Positions 38,217 to 49,819 of a stretch of DNA of 64,000 nt are shown piece by piece. The translations under genes and the position numbers were made by a program. The stretch is from assembly GCA_973895155.1 (NCBI GenBank), contig OZ316897.1:22419455-22483454 (forward strand), in the 5' to 3' direction. Every line of letters starts with the position of its first letter. Within the stretch, counting starts at the first letter, position 1. The DNA comes from Marsupella aquatica (Eukaryota > Plantae > Marchantiophyta). The notes under the pieces were generated by a model. That model was not told the DNA's origin. It made no database searches and saw nothing but the letters and a program-made list of their open reading frames with translations.

Positions 38217-39251
38217 ATGAGTGATTCGGAGGAGTTTTTCGAAGACGTGGAACTTGAAGCACGAGGATCACCGCGGAGGTTTCAGGGGCAGAGAGAGGAG
38301 CAGGAGGAAGAGCACGTGACACCGATACCATCACCGGTGCGGCGTGTGGTGGAGGAAGCAGTACTACTACCGGAGCTCACGGTAAAGAAGAAGATGGGGA
38401 CTTTCAAGCTTGGGGGACCCAAGTATGAAGTGACAAAGTATGATGGGCGCTCTGACTACTTGCTATGGGAGAAGCAGGTGAAGGGAGTGCTTTATGCGTC
38501 AGGGATGGGCCAACTGCTGAGCCCTCGTGAAGACGATATTGATGAGAAACAATGGGACCGCATGCAGGAGCAGGGAGTGTGGTGTGTTACACTCTATCTC
38601 ATGCCTCCCATCATCAAGCAGTTAGGTGCACATAAGGATTGCATGTCCTTGTTTGCGGAATTACAGAGCAAGTATCACCGCAAGGAGTTGTCGAACCGGC
38701 TCTACACTTCCTACAAACTGATGAGTTTCAGGATGAAGGAATCTGGTACGAAGTTGCAAGACCATGTGGATGCTTTCAACGACATGGTCGTTGACTTGGA
38801 AAACCTTGGGGAGACTTTGAATGATGAGACGAAGGCTCTGCAGCTTCTTAGTTCATTGCCTCCATCTTACCAGTCCCTATCACGAGTGTTGTTGCATCGT
38901 GATAGGGATACCATTTCATACAATGACGTGGTAAGTTCTCTGCTTAGTGATGATCTTCAGCAGAAGATGCACATCACGTCACAGCCTTCATCATCTGGTG
39001 CTGCCCTCAATGTTAACCGTGGGAGGAGTATGCAGCGACCAACTGGGGACCGTAGAACCCAGTTTAGATCTAAATCCAGATCTAAGTCCAAGGGTAAATC
39101 CCCTCAGAGGAGGCAGGTGACATGTTGGAAGTGCAACCAAGTTGGACACTTCAAGCGAGACTGTAAGGGAAAGGCAGCGGAAACTTCATCGGCAAATGTG
39201 GCTAGGGCTGATGGAGAAGCTGATTTACTCAATGATGAGTATGTTTTATGA
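38217..39251 (+). CDS. gag: Ty1/copia Gag (344 aa) with CCHC zinc knuckle
   Basis: Copia gag motifs KYDGRSDYLLW and LLSSLPPSY; basic RGRS..RSKSRSKS tract; CWKCNQVGHFKRDC; ends in TGA. Confidence 0.93.
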   Translation: MSDSEEFFEDVELEARGSPRRFQGQREEQEEEHVTPIPSPVRRVVEEAVLLPELTVKKKMGTFKLGGPKYEVTKYDGRSDYLLWEKQVKGVLYASGMGQLLSPREDDIDEKQWDRMQEQGVWCVTLYLMPPIIKQLGAHKDCMSLFAELQSKYHRKELSNRLYTSYKLMSFRMKESGTKLQDHVDAFNDMVVDLENLGETLNDETKALQLLSSLPPSYQSLSRVLLHRDRDTISYNDVVSSLLSDDLQQKMHITSQPSSSGAALNVNRGRSMQRPTGDRRTQFRSKSRSKSKGKSPQRRQVTCWKCNQVGHFKRDCKGKAAETSSANVARADGEADLLNDEYVL

Positions 39252-42200
39252 AGCCGGGGGTATGCCCTATGCACGTCATCTAGGAGAGCAGATGATGTGT
39301 GGATTCTTGATTGTGCTTGCTCTTTTCATATTTGTTACATTCGTGAGTTTTTCAGTTCTTACTCTGTTTCAAACGGTTCAGTTCTGATGGGAAATGATCA
39401 CTCCTGTCAAATTGAGGGAATTGGATCTGTGAAGATTCAAATGTTTGATGGCGCTGTGCGCACAGTGTCCGGAGTCAGGTATGTACCTGGCATGCGTAAG
39501 AATCTGATTTCACTCGGTGTGTTGGATTCAAATGGTCATCAATGGAGCGTTATTGATGGTGAACTTCAAGTCAGGTCGGGAGAGACAGTGATTTTGAAGG
39601 GGAGTAGACAAAAGAATTTGTATGTGTTACAGGGCAATACTGTATGTGGAGAGGCCAATGTAACCAAGTCTCACGAGGAGATGACTCAACTGTGGCATTC
39701 ACGGCTAGGCCACATGAGTGAGAAGGGTTTGGCTATCTTACGGAAGAATGGACTCATTTCTGATTTGCAATCTTGTAAATTAGAGTTTTGTGAGCATTGC
39801 ATTCTTGGAAAGCAGCATCGTCGTGCTTTTGGTGTTGGAACTCATCGTTCCAAAGCGGTTCTTGAGTACATACATAGTGACGTGTGGGGTCCATCCCCGA
39901 CTCCCTCACACTCTGAAAAGTTGTACTATGTATCATTTATTGATGATTACTCAAGATTTGTGTGGATTTATTTCATGACGCATAAGTCTGATGTCTTGTC
40001 CATTTTTAAGAAGTGGAAGGCCCAGGTGGAGAATCAGACTGGAAACACGATCAAGTGTTTGGATACAAGGGTGAAGAGTCTGAGGTCAGACAATGGCGGG
40101 GAGTACACTTCAATGGAATTTGAAGAGTACTGTTCAGAACAGGGGATAACTCGCCATCTCACCACAGTTTATACTCCGCAGCAGAATGGTGTCGCTGAGA
40201 GGCTCAATCGGACATTGTTGGAGCGGTCACGGAGTATGTTGAGCCAATCAGGTTTACCACAAGAATTTTGGGCAGAAGCTGTCAATACCGCAGCTTATTT
40301 GGTAAATCTTTCTCCTTCTAGTGCTATCAATTTCAAAACGCCGTTTAAGATGCGCTATAAGCGGCAAGCAGACTATCATGGCTTGGTAATTTTTGGAAGT
40401 GATGCATATGCTCTCACACCAAAGCAGAATAGGACCAAGTTGGATCCTACCTCCAGGAAATGTGTTTTTCTTGGGTACCAGAGTGGTGTGAAAGCCTATA
40501 GGCTATGGGATCCTATTGCCTGTAAGCTCGTTGTCAGTAGGGATGTTTCCTTCAATGAATCCAGATTATTGAAGGAGGGGGAGAATACTCAGGTCTCCCG
40601 TACTGACAAAGGAAAATCTCCTATCCCGGATCTCGTTGAGGGGGAGATTGGTTATGAGGTGCATGACCGGAGAGAAGGAGTTGCTCCAATTATGGAGCTG
40701 GTTCCTGTGCCAGAGGAACCAGAGGAGTTTGTTGATGCTGGTGAGCAACAAGTGGATGTTGTTGAGCTTCAAATTGTACCAGCACACGCAGATCAACCGG
40801 AGTCATCGGCTAGAAGAACATCTGGTCGCACTGTACGCGCTCCATCAAGGTATGGACAGTGGGTTGATTCATCTCAACTGCAAGAGGATGATTTTACAGC
40901 TGATGATGAGGGTGATGCGTTAATTTTGGAAGAAGGAGAACCTTCTTCATTTCATGAGGCAAGTGCTTCAAAAGAGAAGCAGAAGTGGACTGCAGCAATG
41001 CAAACGGAGATGCAGTCACTAAAGGACAACAAAACTTGGGAGCTTGTTAAGCTGCCTAAGGGTCAGCAAGTGGTGGACAGCAAGTGGATTTACAAGCTGA
41101 AGGATAATTCCATAGGAGGTGGATCGAAGGTCTACAAGGCTAGATTGGTAGCAAAGGGATTCACACAAGAGAAAGGTGTGGATTACAATGAGGTCTTCTC
41201 ACCAGTTGCTAAGTACTCTACAATACGACTATTGTGTGTACTTGTTGTAATGTTTGGTCTGCTCCTAGATCAGATGGATGTTGTCACAGCTTTCCTCTAT
41301 GGCACATTGGAAGAGGTGATCTTCATGAGACAACCGCTAGGTTTTGTGAAGAGAGGACAGGAGGAATTGGTTTGCAGATTGCTGAAATCCTTGTATGGGT
41401 TGAAGCAGTCACCAAGACAGTGGAACAAGCGGTTTGACGATTGGATTCGGTCACAAGGTTTTCACAGAAGTGTATTTGACCCTTGTGTGTATTTGAAACC
41501 GGTGAAGAATGTTGTCTTTGGGTTCATTGTTTTAGTACTTTATGTGGATGACATGCTAATTGCAGCCAAGGATAGGTCTGAGATTGTTAAGCTCAAGGCA
41601 CTGCTTAGTGCAGAGTTTAAGATGAAGGACTTAGGGCCAGCTAAGAGGATTTTGGGTATGGAGATCACTAGGGACTTGGAGGCTGGCAAGCTATGGTTGA
41701 CGCAGAGCAGTTATGCGAGGAAGGTAATTGCAAGGTTCAACATGGAGAATAGCAAGCCAGTAAGTACCCCGTTGGCTCCACACTTCAAGTTATCATCAGC
41801 GTTCTGTCCTACGGATGACACAGAGAAGGGGTTGATGTCAAAGGTTCCATATGACAAGGCAGTGGGGAGTCTCATGTATTTGATGACTTGCACTAGACCT
41901 GATCTTGCCATGGCTATGGGCAAGGTGAGCAGGTACATGTCGAATCCAGGGAAGGTACACTGGGAAGCAGTGAAGTGGATTATCAGGTACTTGAAGGGTA
42001 CCGTGGATCATGGTCTTTTATTTGATGCGAATGCAAAGAATGTTAGATCATTGATTGACTATGTAGATTCTGACTATGGACAAGATTTGGACCGAAGGAG
42101 ATCAACAACAGGATACGTGTTCACACTTGGCGGTGGATGCATAAGTTGGAGGTCTACTTTGCAGAAGTGTATTGCTCAGTCTACTACAGAAGCGGAGTAT

Positions 42201-42524
42201 GTTGCAGCTGCGGAAGCAGCAAAGGAAGCGATTTGGTTGGATAGACTTATCACTGAAATGGGATTGCCACAGGGGAATGTGAAGCTCCATTGTGATAGTC
42301 AAAGTGCGCTCCACCTTGCTGTGAACCAGGTGATGGACAGCAGAGTGAAGCACATTGACGTCAAGTACCATTTTATCAGGCAGGCTGTGTCTGATAATTT
42401 GTTTGAGCTAGTCAAGATTGATGGTAAACTCAACCCGGCTGACGCATTTACCAAAGTGATTCCTTTGGAGAGTTTCTCTAGACACCGTGACGTATTGCAA
42501 GTTTTGCAATTGCATCACAAGTAG
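39252..42524 (+). CDS. pol: Ty1/copia Pol (protease, integrase, RT, RNase H), open in the same frame as gag directly after the UGA
   Basis: Protease WILDCACSFH; integrase zinc finger LWHSRLGH..CEHC; integrase core HSDVWGP, LRSDNGGEY, QNGVAER; RT KARLVAKG, QMDVVTAFL, LYVDDML; RNase H DSDY, KHIDVKYHF, NPADAFTK. Confidence 0.95.
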   Translation, partial: SRGYALCTSSRRADDVWILDCACSFHICYIREFFSSYSVSNGSVLMGNDHSCQIEGIGSVKIQMFDGAVRTVSGVRYVPGMRKNLISLGVLDSNGHQWSVIDGELQVRSGETVILKGSRQKNLYVLQGNTVCGEANVTKSHEEMTQLWHSRLGHMSEKGLAILRKNGLISDLQSCKLEFCEHCILGKQHRRAFGVGTHRSKAVLEYIHSDVWGPSPTPSHSEKLYYVSFIDDYSRFVWIYFMTHKSDVLSIFKKWKAQVENQTGNTIKCLDTRVKSLRSDNGGEYTSMEFEEYCSEQGITRHLTTVYTPQQNGVAERLNRTLLERSRSMLSQSGLPQEFWAEAVNTAAYLVNLSPSSAINFKTPFKMRYKRQADYHGLVIFGSDAYALTPKQNRTKLDPTSRKCVFLGYQSGVKAYRLWDPIACKLVVSRDVSFNESRLLKEGENTQVSRTDKGKSPIPDLVEGEIGYEVHDRREGVAPIMELVPVPEEPEEFVDAGEQQVDVVELQIVPAHADQPESSARRTSGRTVRAPSRYGQWVDSSQLQEDDFTADDEGDALILEEGEPSSFHEASASKEKQKWTAAMQTEMQSLKDNKTWELVKLPKGQQVVDSKWIYKLKDNSIGGGSKVYKARLVAKGFTQEKGVDYNEVFSPVAKYSTIRLLCVLVVMFGLLLDQMDVVTAFLYGTLEEVIFMRQPLGFVKRGQEELVCRLLKSLYGLKQSPRQWNKRFDDWIRSQGFHRSVFDPCVYLKPVKNVVFGFIVLVLYVDDMLIAAKDRSEIVKLKALLSAEFKMKDLGPAKRILGMEITRDLEAGKLWLTQSSYARKVIARFNMENSKPVSTPLAPHFKLSSAFCPTDDTEKGLMSKVPYDKAVGSLMYLMTCTRPDLAMAMGKVSRYMSNPGKVHWEAVKWIIRYLKGTVDHGLLFDANAKNVRSLIDYVDSDYGQDLDRRRSTTGYVFTLGGGCISWRSTLQKCIAQSTTEAEYVAAAEAAKEAIWLDRLITEMGLPQGNVKLHCDSQSALHLAVNQVMDSRVKHIDVKYHFIRQAVSDNLFELVKIDGKLNPADAFTKVIPLESFSRHRDVLQVLQLHHK

Positions 42525-42704
42525 AGTTTTCTTAAACATTCATTGTAATTACTGATATATGCTCTTCCTCATTCCTATGTATTAGGCTACGGCTTAGTTC
42601 TGGTTTGCTCTAGTTAGAGAGGGAAACCGGTTTGGTTTCTGTCCAGAACTTCCCGCTGAGGGATCATATACATTGGCAGTATTACTCTCCCCTAGACCAG
42701 AGTC

Positions 42705-42715
42705 AAGGGGAAGAT
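42705..42715 (+). promoter_or_regulatory. Polypurine tract
   Basis: AAGGGGAAGAT immediately before the 3' LTR. Confidence 0.9.
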
Positions 42716-43136
42716 TGTTGGGTATTTACTCTTACGTCTAGGTTAGGTATGACGTGGTTGGTACAACTACGTGGTTAGATACAACTACGTGATTAGGTAC
42801 AACTATGTGGTCAGGTACAACTACGTGATTATGTACAACTATGTGGTTAGGTACAACTATGTGGTTAGGTACAACTAAGTTGCACACTATATCATAAGAG
42901 GCATGTGTGCTTGGAGAGGTAGAACCAAGGCTCATTGTTATGGAGCCACTTGAGAGATAGGGAGAGCTTACACTGTGGAGACTCGGTATAGCCGACGGGC
43001 TTAGAGTTCAGTAAAGCTCTCTTGTGTGTTCCCGTGGACGTAGCCTCAAGGAGGTGAACCACGTATCTCTTGTGTCGACTATTGTGCGTTGGATGGTTCA
43101 TGGGCTTGCCGTTGCGATCGTCGTCTATGCTCAACA
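42716..43136 (+). repeat. 3' LTR (421 bp) containing 6 full and 1 partial 18-bp units
   Basis: Matches the 5' LTR except for two missing 18-bp units and two transitions seen by eye. Confidence 0.97.
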
Positions 43137-44619
43137 GTGCCCTGGTATGGTTGTGTCCGCGGAATCCAAAGAGGGTCAAAATGTTTGACAAAAAGTTATA
43201 TAATTATGAATGATGAGATGAGATTCTTTATTGAACATGTGTGTGGTTTATTCTCTTCAACTTCTGATCTTATTTGCATTACTTTTGTTCTTTATATCTA
43301 CCTTTATAGTCTCATTGGCCATAATTAATGTCTTGATTAATGTTAGCATCCTCTGGGCATTGGAAAACATGGCCTCACAGTAGTTTCTATTTAAGCATCT
43401 TACACATTATGTTTCATTGAGATGATTGCCTTCTATTCTTGGACTTCTTTTTTGCACAATAAGCTTGCACACCCAATAACATCACGGTTGCAACAACACC
43501 GTGGCCACAATGATTGCATGATGGCAATAAAGACTTGGCTGCAATGACACAAAATATGTCTCAAGAACTTCCTAATTACCTCACTTGCATTTCTTGGCCT
43601 TGCCTCAACATCTATGCATAATGCATAGGCATTGGACTAGCCTTATATGGGGCCTTATATAATAAGGAAATTGGTTGGATCATAAAAGATGGTCTAGATC
43701 TATCCATGTCATCAAGACAAGCTCACCTCAGAAGTTAATCAAGTAACTCAACATTCAACTAGTTTATGTACTTGTGCTTGTTTGTGCAAACCAATAGTGT
43801 TCAAACTAGCAACTAGTAAGCAACTCATTTTCAAAACTGACCGTGAGTTATGGACTTATGCTTGCTGACCCTTTCTCACATAATTTAGAAACAGACCTAT
43901 GCCTTACTAGTTGGGCTGCTGATTTAAGGAAGAGTCACAGTTGGCTAATTTTTAGCACCAGGTGTAGCAATAGACCATATATGCTGCAGATTGATGCATC
44001 TGCTTGTACTTGGCTAGTTTCAACATCAGGCCTTGTAGAAGTATTGGCAATTTGTATGTTTGGAGCTTAAAGTTGTAATCAAGGTAAGTACATCATATGG
44101 CACAATGATCAATTTTCTCTAGAACTGAGGCTTTTCCCATAGCTATCAGGACATGATAACAAAACTAAAACTATCATATACCATAGCAACATGCTTGGAT
44201 GACTCTTTGAAACCGTCACTTTTCACTCATATGACATTCTTCATATGATTGCTCCCCTTTTCAAGTGTCAAAGGATGGTTGGTCCATGAGATTTCTTACA
44301 TCAAACATGGCAGTACATCCTCACATCACTCTGTATGTCACCTTTCTAAAAAGTTCAGGAAATCCAGAAATGAATTTTTTGTGGGTCCACCCCAATTTCT
44401 CTTTTCCAGTAGGCCTTTTGTGAGTTGCTAGGAAATTCATAGGTAGATATTTGTGGGCCTCACTGGCTCACCATATTTCCCTCCTACAGACCTTTTGGGA
44501 GTTGCCAGTTCAGAAAATGATGCTTGCATAGACCACAACGTGAACTGAGTAACTCTGATAGACCTAGCTTTTGAAAGCACAACTGTCAGCATATTATTTA
44601 AGTTAAATGTAATGTTATA

Positions 44620-45115
44620 AAATGGTCTGTCCAGATTGCAATGACCCATCGGAGTTGTCTGCCAAACATTGAGGTCCATCCAGGCTCCTTTTCCTCCAGT
44701 CCAGCTCCATAAAAAATACACAAAAACAAAGATAGATACATGTGGGCAGAAAGTAATAGCCGGCCAGACTGCAATTTGTAACCTGATGGACCAGGTTACT
44801 GTCGACAAGAAAGGTATATATATATAAAGAAAAACTGCTATTTGAGTACAATGAAAAAAGGTGTTTCTGTTTGCAACCCCAATAGACCAGGTTACTCTTG
44901 ACAAAAAAAATAATATTTTTTACAAGAAAAACTGCTATCTGAGTACAAAGAATAAAGGTGTTTTGTTTGCAGCCGGGATGGACCAGGTTACTGTTGATAA
45001 GAAAAGCATAGATTTATAAAGCAAAATGGCTATCTGGTGGTACCAAAAATGGAGTACCAAAAAAAGGGGGGTTTTATGTAGTCCATCTGGGTTACGAGGT
45101 CCATCCAGGCATTTT
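44620..45115 (+). repeat. Degenerate ~95-100-bp tandem repeats
   Basis: GACCAGGTTACT at ~44789, ~44885 and ~44981; AAGAAAAACTGCTAT x2; GAGGTCCATCCAGGC x2. Confidence 0.7.
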
Positions 45116-45563
45116 GCCAAACCTTACGTAAGGGCTTCACTCAGGTGAGCACATGAAAATTGAAAGCCAAAAATAAGGAGTCTCAAAGTTGGCAATTTGA
45201 TGTACCTTGATTCCCTAGTTATGGATTATGGACATAAAAACTAATAGGGCATCTCAAAACTGGGTCAAAAGTGAAAGTTATATATTTGTGATATATTGGA
45301 CCCAGTTATAGAATTAAAAAAATTGGGGAGGTAACATTGACCCGCCCCATAAGGCAAGAGTTAAGGTCCCACCTGTCTCATAGCATATATATATGTATTT
45401 TTTCAATTCTTGATCAGCTGCTGCTTCAAATGAGACAGCGATCACCACGTCAGGAGCAAATCCCTGGTGTCTTAAGTCACCGGAGTTCCCAGTTTCAAAG
45501 TCCTGGAATTCAGAGTCCATAACTTTTTGTCATAAGGATTAGTCTTATGACCTAACCATTAGA

Positions 45564-45728
45564 GGCTGGTGAAAGAAAAAACAAAGAAAACTTTTAGACC
45601 TCTTGTGAAACGGCTGGTGAAAGAAAAAACAAAGAAAACTTTTAGACCTCTTGTGAAACAGTTATGACCTATTCTTTATGACCAAATGCCATCATGAGAA
45701 ATTCTTTATGACCAAATGCCATCATGAG
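45564..45728 (+). repeat. Adjacent 48-bp and 30-bp-period tandem duplications
   Basis: GGCTGGTGAAAG...TTGTGAAAC x2 (45564-45659) and ATTCTTTATGACCAAATGCCATCATGAG x2 (45671-45728). Confidence 0.9.
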
Positions 45729-46255
45729 TAGTTTCCAGGCTCCCTAATAATGTCCTTAGCTACTGTAGAGTTGGTCATCACTCGTCAGCAACTTTATATA
45801 CGGCGGAGGTGACGTTGGTTGCATCCAGACCGAGGATAGGGATAGAATCGAGGAGTCAATCAAATAGTACAAATGTTGTCAATGGCATTCTGATTTGCAG
45901 CCATCAAGAGATAAGCTGGGTTTCTACAATCTAAAAGAAACTTTAGCTGTCTGTCCCTCATCAAACGCTCGAATCACAGAACGTTTCCTTCAAATTGAGA
46001 CGATTGCTGCACGCAATGGAAATCAACTGTACGCCGGGGTTGATAGGATTTTGCCTCATTGGTTTGAAGTTGCAAAAGTTGCCTTGGTTGTAAACAGTCC
46101 AGGAATTGTCAAAGTTCTGTAAAGTAAAGCCAATTTTCTGTGAACTGTGGAGATGTGGTTTTGTTCGTTCTAACACACATCTGCATCCCTTTTCTTACAG
46201 ACGTAGAATTCAGATTCCTAGGATTGTCAGGAGAGTAAGACTATGAATGCTCCGT

Positions 46256-49200
46256 TCAGCTTCTCGAGGAATTCTTCAAGAACTGTTTCTTTAGGGCAAG
46301 TTCTACTCTTTGAAATAAAGAAGAAAAGGCGCCTACACTCCACACGGTACACAATTAGTTAGTTTTACAGCCCTAATACTTTTTCAGCAGGGGCATCTGG
46401 TGAGTTCTCAGTGTTGTGCAGTGAATTTTGATGTACAGTCTTGCAACAAGGTAGGAAATGGATGCTGAGCAAGCAGTCAGAAATTGCAAACGCTGTTCTT
46501 TCGTTTGATCTAAGAGACGTCTCACTCTGGCATGAAGATTAAAGTGCTATTCTCGTTGTAACGAGTGTTGAAGAGACAAACCTGATGAACTATCTGTCTT
46601 TGATAAAGAAGATTTGATGACGAGGCTTCCGGGAGCCTGCTGAAACACCTGCCACCATCCCAGAATCCTTGATCAACGTAATGAAAGGAGCTTGCATGGA
46701 TCAGTTGATTTTGATTTTAGCATGCACTACAAGAGAACAACTGCTACCTGTTTTTTTCTGGGAAAAATGTGAAGATGAAGGACGAAAAAGAGCGGGAAGA
46801 ACACTAGCAGGATCATCATCTGGATATCTAGAACCAGATGGATAACTATACACCTACCTGTACAGAGCATCTAGGAAAAGGCATCAATTACAGAGATTGT
46901 ACCGAAGCTCTGAAAGAAAGATTGCACTGGGTTTGAGGAAGCTCTTTTTCTCCGTTACTCTGTTTGCTCGGCATTTCAGGATGAGGCTCGTCGAGTTCTG
47001 TTGACAGAGTGCCCTGCATAAAAACTTCTCAAGCTTAAACTCTCAAGCTTGAGAGAGAAAGAGAACTGTTCTTTGCAATGAAGAGGCAAATGCAATGTTT
47101 TCGTACAAGGCCACAATTAAGCCCGAAATTTCTTCAGAAATGTGCAAAATATATAGTACCGTGATGGAGAACGACGCCGTGTCGATAGTTACAGTGGCTC
47201 CAAATTGGCGAAGATGGTCAGACAGTGCTTGCAGTATGTCCCATGCACCGCACTTGCGGTCAACACCCTTTGCAACGTCCCAGGAGATGATGAAGAGTTA
47301 GCTGCAAGTAATTTTACTCTTACTGCATCTCTGGCTACAATTGACAAACTTGTTAGAGACAACTAGAAATTCATTATAAGTTGGCAATCCAGCCTCATTT
47401 CAGTGAATTGCTCTTTACAAGGCCCTCCCATATGGGCATGGACATATTCAATCTACAAATTGAATCTTGGCTGAGATCGTCCGCACTACCTCAAGCATGA
47501 ATGAGATGTTGCTCTTCCCCGGAACACGACCCGGGATATTGGCCACCTGAATTTGGGCGGGTGAGAAAGACCATGCAATACCCCATCTAGATGTCCGGCC
47601 TTGAGCAAATTCCGTGGTCCGTAGCATCGTCACACTACTAGCTCTCAAACGTGTTGTCAGAAGTTTGATATTGACTTTCCTCCCCACCATGCTTGTGTAC
47701 CAGCTGCCAAGATTAAAAACACACATGGAAACGCTCACATTGATAGGTGGGTCATCTACTTGACCCGAACGTTGGAAAAGTCGTTGAGAACGAAGAGGGG
47801 AGCAGTTGATGAAGATGGTAATACTTGATGCGAGTGACTAATTTGGCATCTAACAAGCTGAGTCAACTGTTTTACGACAATAAGTGACCGGTATAAATGC
47901 TTCCAGGTACCATTCCAGATCTCTTAAGAGGATCTTTCCATTGTGTTGAACTACAGTCGTTGAAGGTCACCCATTAAAATTGGATAGGGTAACAAGGGAG
48001 CATGAATTGAAAACTTTAGCTACTGCCAAGACTATCCAACATTTTGTCTAGTCAATGCTTTTTAATAGGATAGAATCAGCCGTGTTGCCTTGAGAACCAC
48101 AAAGCAAGCTCAATTGCAAGGTTAGCAGTCATGGATGGTACTTGAGAATCTGAATCAGGACATACATCAAGTGTCGTCGTGGCAAAGAACGAGTAAGAGC
48201 AGTTAACACAAGGTCACGACTTCGAGAAGACTTACTGGATTTTGGTCCTGAGCTGCAAGCTATCCTCGACAATTCTTGTTATGAAAGCTAGCTCTCCACC
48301 TGGGTATACCATTTCATCCACTGTTCCTCCACATGCAGTTCGTGGGTTGAGTCCTGCCTCCTGCATATCCTCAAAGAAAGGAGGATTGCACATGCAGAAA
48401 TCGAACTGTTCACAATCCTTAACCACTCCTTTGAGCAAGGGTGCATTTCCATGATCGCTGCCCACGTCTTTACTCACAACTTGGAGCCATTCCTCCCTTG
48501 AGTTATGATCCTGCCCATCTTGACGAACAAGGGTGGAACAAGGATCCGAATGTTCTTCCTCGCCTCCTATTATAGCTGGAAGGGCTTCCTCATACACACA
48601 AACAGGTGGGTTGACCAGAAATTGATCTTTGTTCACACCAACCAGATGATCTTCTTCCTCCAAATGATTGACATCAGGGTTTTGCGATGGTGTGAGAGGA
48701 TATGAAGGGAGTTTACCGGACCCAAATGTTACATCCTCCGCATTTTCGCCAGCTTGTCTTATCTCGATACCATCTGACAAGTGTGGATTTTTTTCAAGAT
48801 TCTTCTGTGCCCACTCGAGAGCAACAGGAGTGACATCTGCCCTCCCCGAAGAAGAAGATTTTAGTTTGGGTTAAATCACCTTTCAGTAAAATTAGGGCCA
48901 CGAAACACCACAATGGAGATCCCCTTTTGTGAGAAAAGCAATACAATGGACAAGCTGTAAAAGAATGTACCCGTAGCAACAAAGTGCCAGCCGTTCAGTG
49001 CTGTCCCAAGCAGTGGATATATACAGTTGGCTCCGGTACCGATGTCAACACCTCTGATCTGGGATTGCTTTTCACACTGCCAGGGAGCAGGGGAAAGGGA
49101 GAGCAGGTCTTCAATCCAGTGGATGTAGTTCGCTCGGTTTGGAATAGTTGGACAAAGCTGGCCATCTGGAATCCACCTATCCAACAGACGAAGTTATTGC

Positions 49201-49819
49201 GCCGATAGCTTCAAAAGCAATGGAAAAGAAGAGGTTGATCTACTCGATCATCACAGCTAAGAAGACAATGTGTGAGATTAAAAATATAATGAAATTCACA
49301 GAGAAATAAATTCAAACTCTCTGTCTTACCGAAGTAGATACAACCTACACAGTGACTAGAACGAATTAATCTTCATGCTCACAGATATCAAATAGGGTAT
49401 TCTAATGCCCAGGTAGGCTGCCCAATTTTATACGCATCGCTGTCTTTGATAACGGTAGTCAAAGATTGAAAACTTCAAGTAGGCACTGCCTCGCTTAGAC
49501 TTCAAACCAGCTCCAGAGAAATCACTTAAGCTCTGTGGAATCATTCTCACCATTTGATACCGTAGTCATGCTCCAGTAGAGCTCTCGTTAATTCCCTGGT
49601 AGCGTTAAAGTCTGTCCAGTCGATTCTAGGCCTTTTGTTGGGACCGTAATTCACATATTCCCGAAACGAGGGATCTTTTGATGCCAGAAGGCTGAAGTCT
49701 GGACGTTTCTCTGCGTATTTGTTACTCGGATGCATTGGTCTTTTCTGGCCTCTCTTCTCACCCGCCACTGCTCCTTGTACACCGCTGTCCTTTCCCATTT
49801 TGGGTCCTTCAGAATTCAT
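46256..49819 (-). CDS. FIO1: METTL16/FIONA1-like U6 snRNA m6A methyltransferase, ~550 aa; exons 49819-49551, 49176-48971, 48836-48236, 47703-47490, 47267-47160, 47013-46903, 46648-46582, 46332-46256
   Basis: MHPSNKY..RPDF; [18 protein letters not shown]; [22 protein letters not shown]; SAM-binding [15 protein letters not shown]; catalytic [11 protein letters not shown]; WYTSMVGRK; [21 protein letters not shown] introns keep frame (1653 nt). Confidence 0.93.

Larger units (their letters stand above)
36606..43136 (+). mobile_element. Full-length Ty1/copia LTR retrotransposon (6531 bp), recent insertion
   Basis: 5' LTR 36606-37062 and 3' LTR 42716-43136 (TGTTG...CAACA); 5-bp TSD GTGCC (36601-36605 and 43137-43141); PBS, PPT, and gag followed by PR-IN-RT-RH in copia order. 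Confidence 0.98.

Noticed and set aside
39239-39283. In-frame GTATGT...TAG mini-intron that would remove the gag stop
   Set aside because: At 45 nt it is below the usual plant intron size and lacks a U-rich tract; kept only as an alternative to test.
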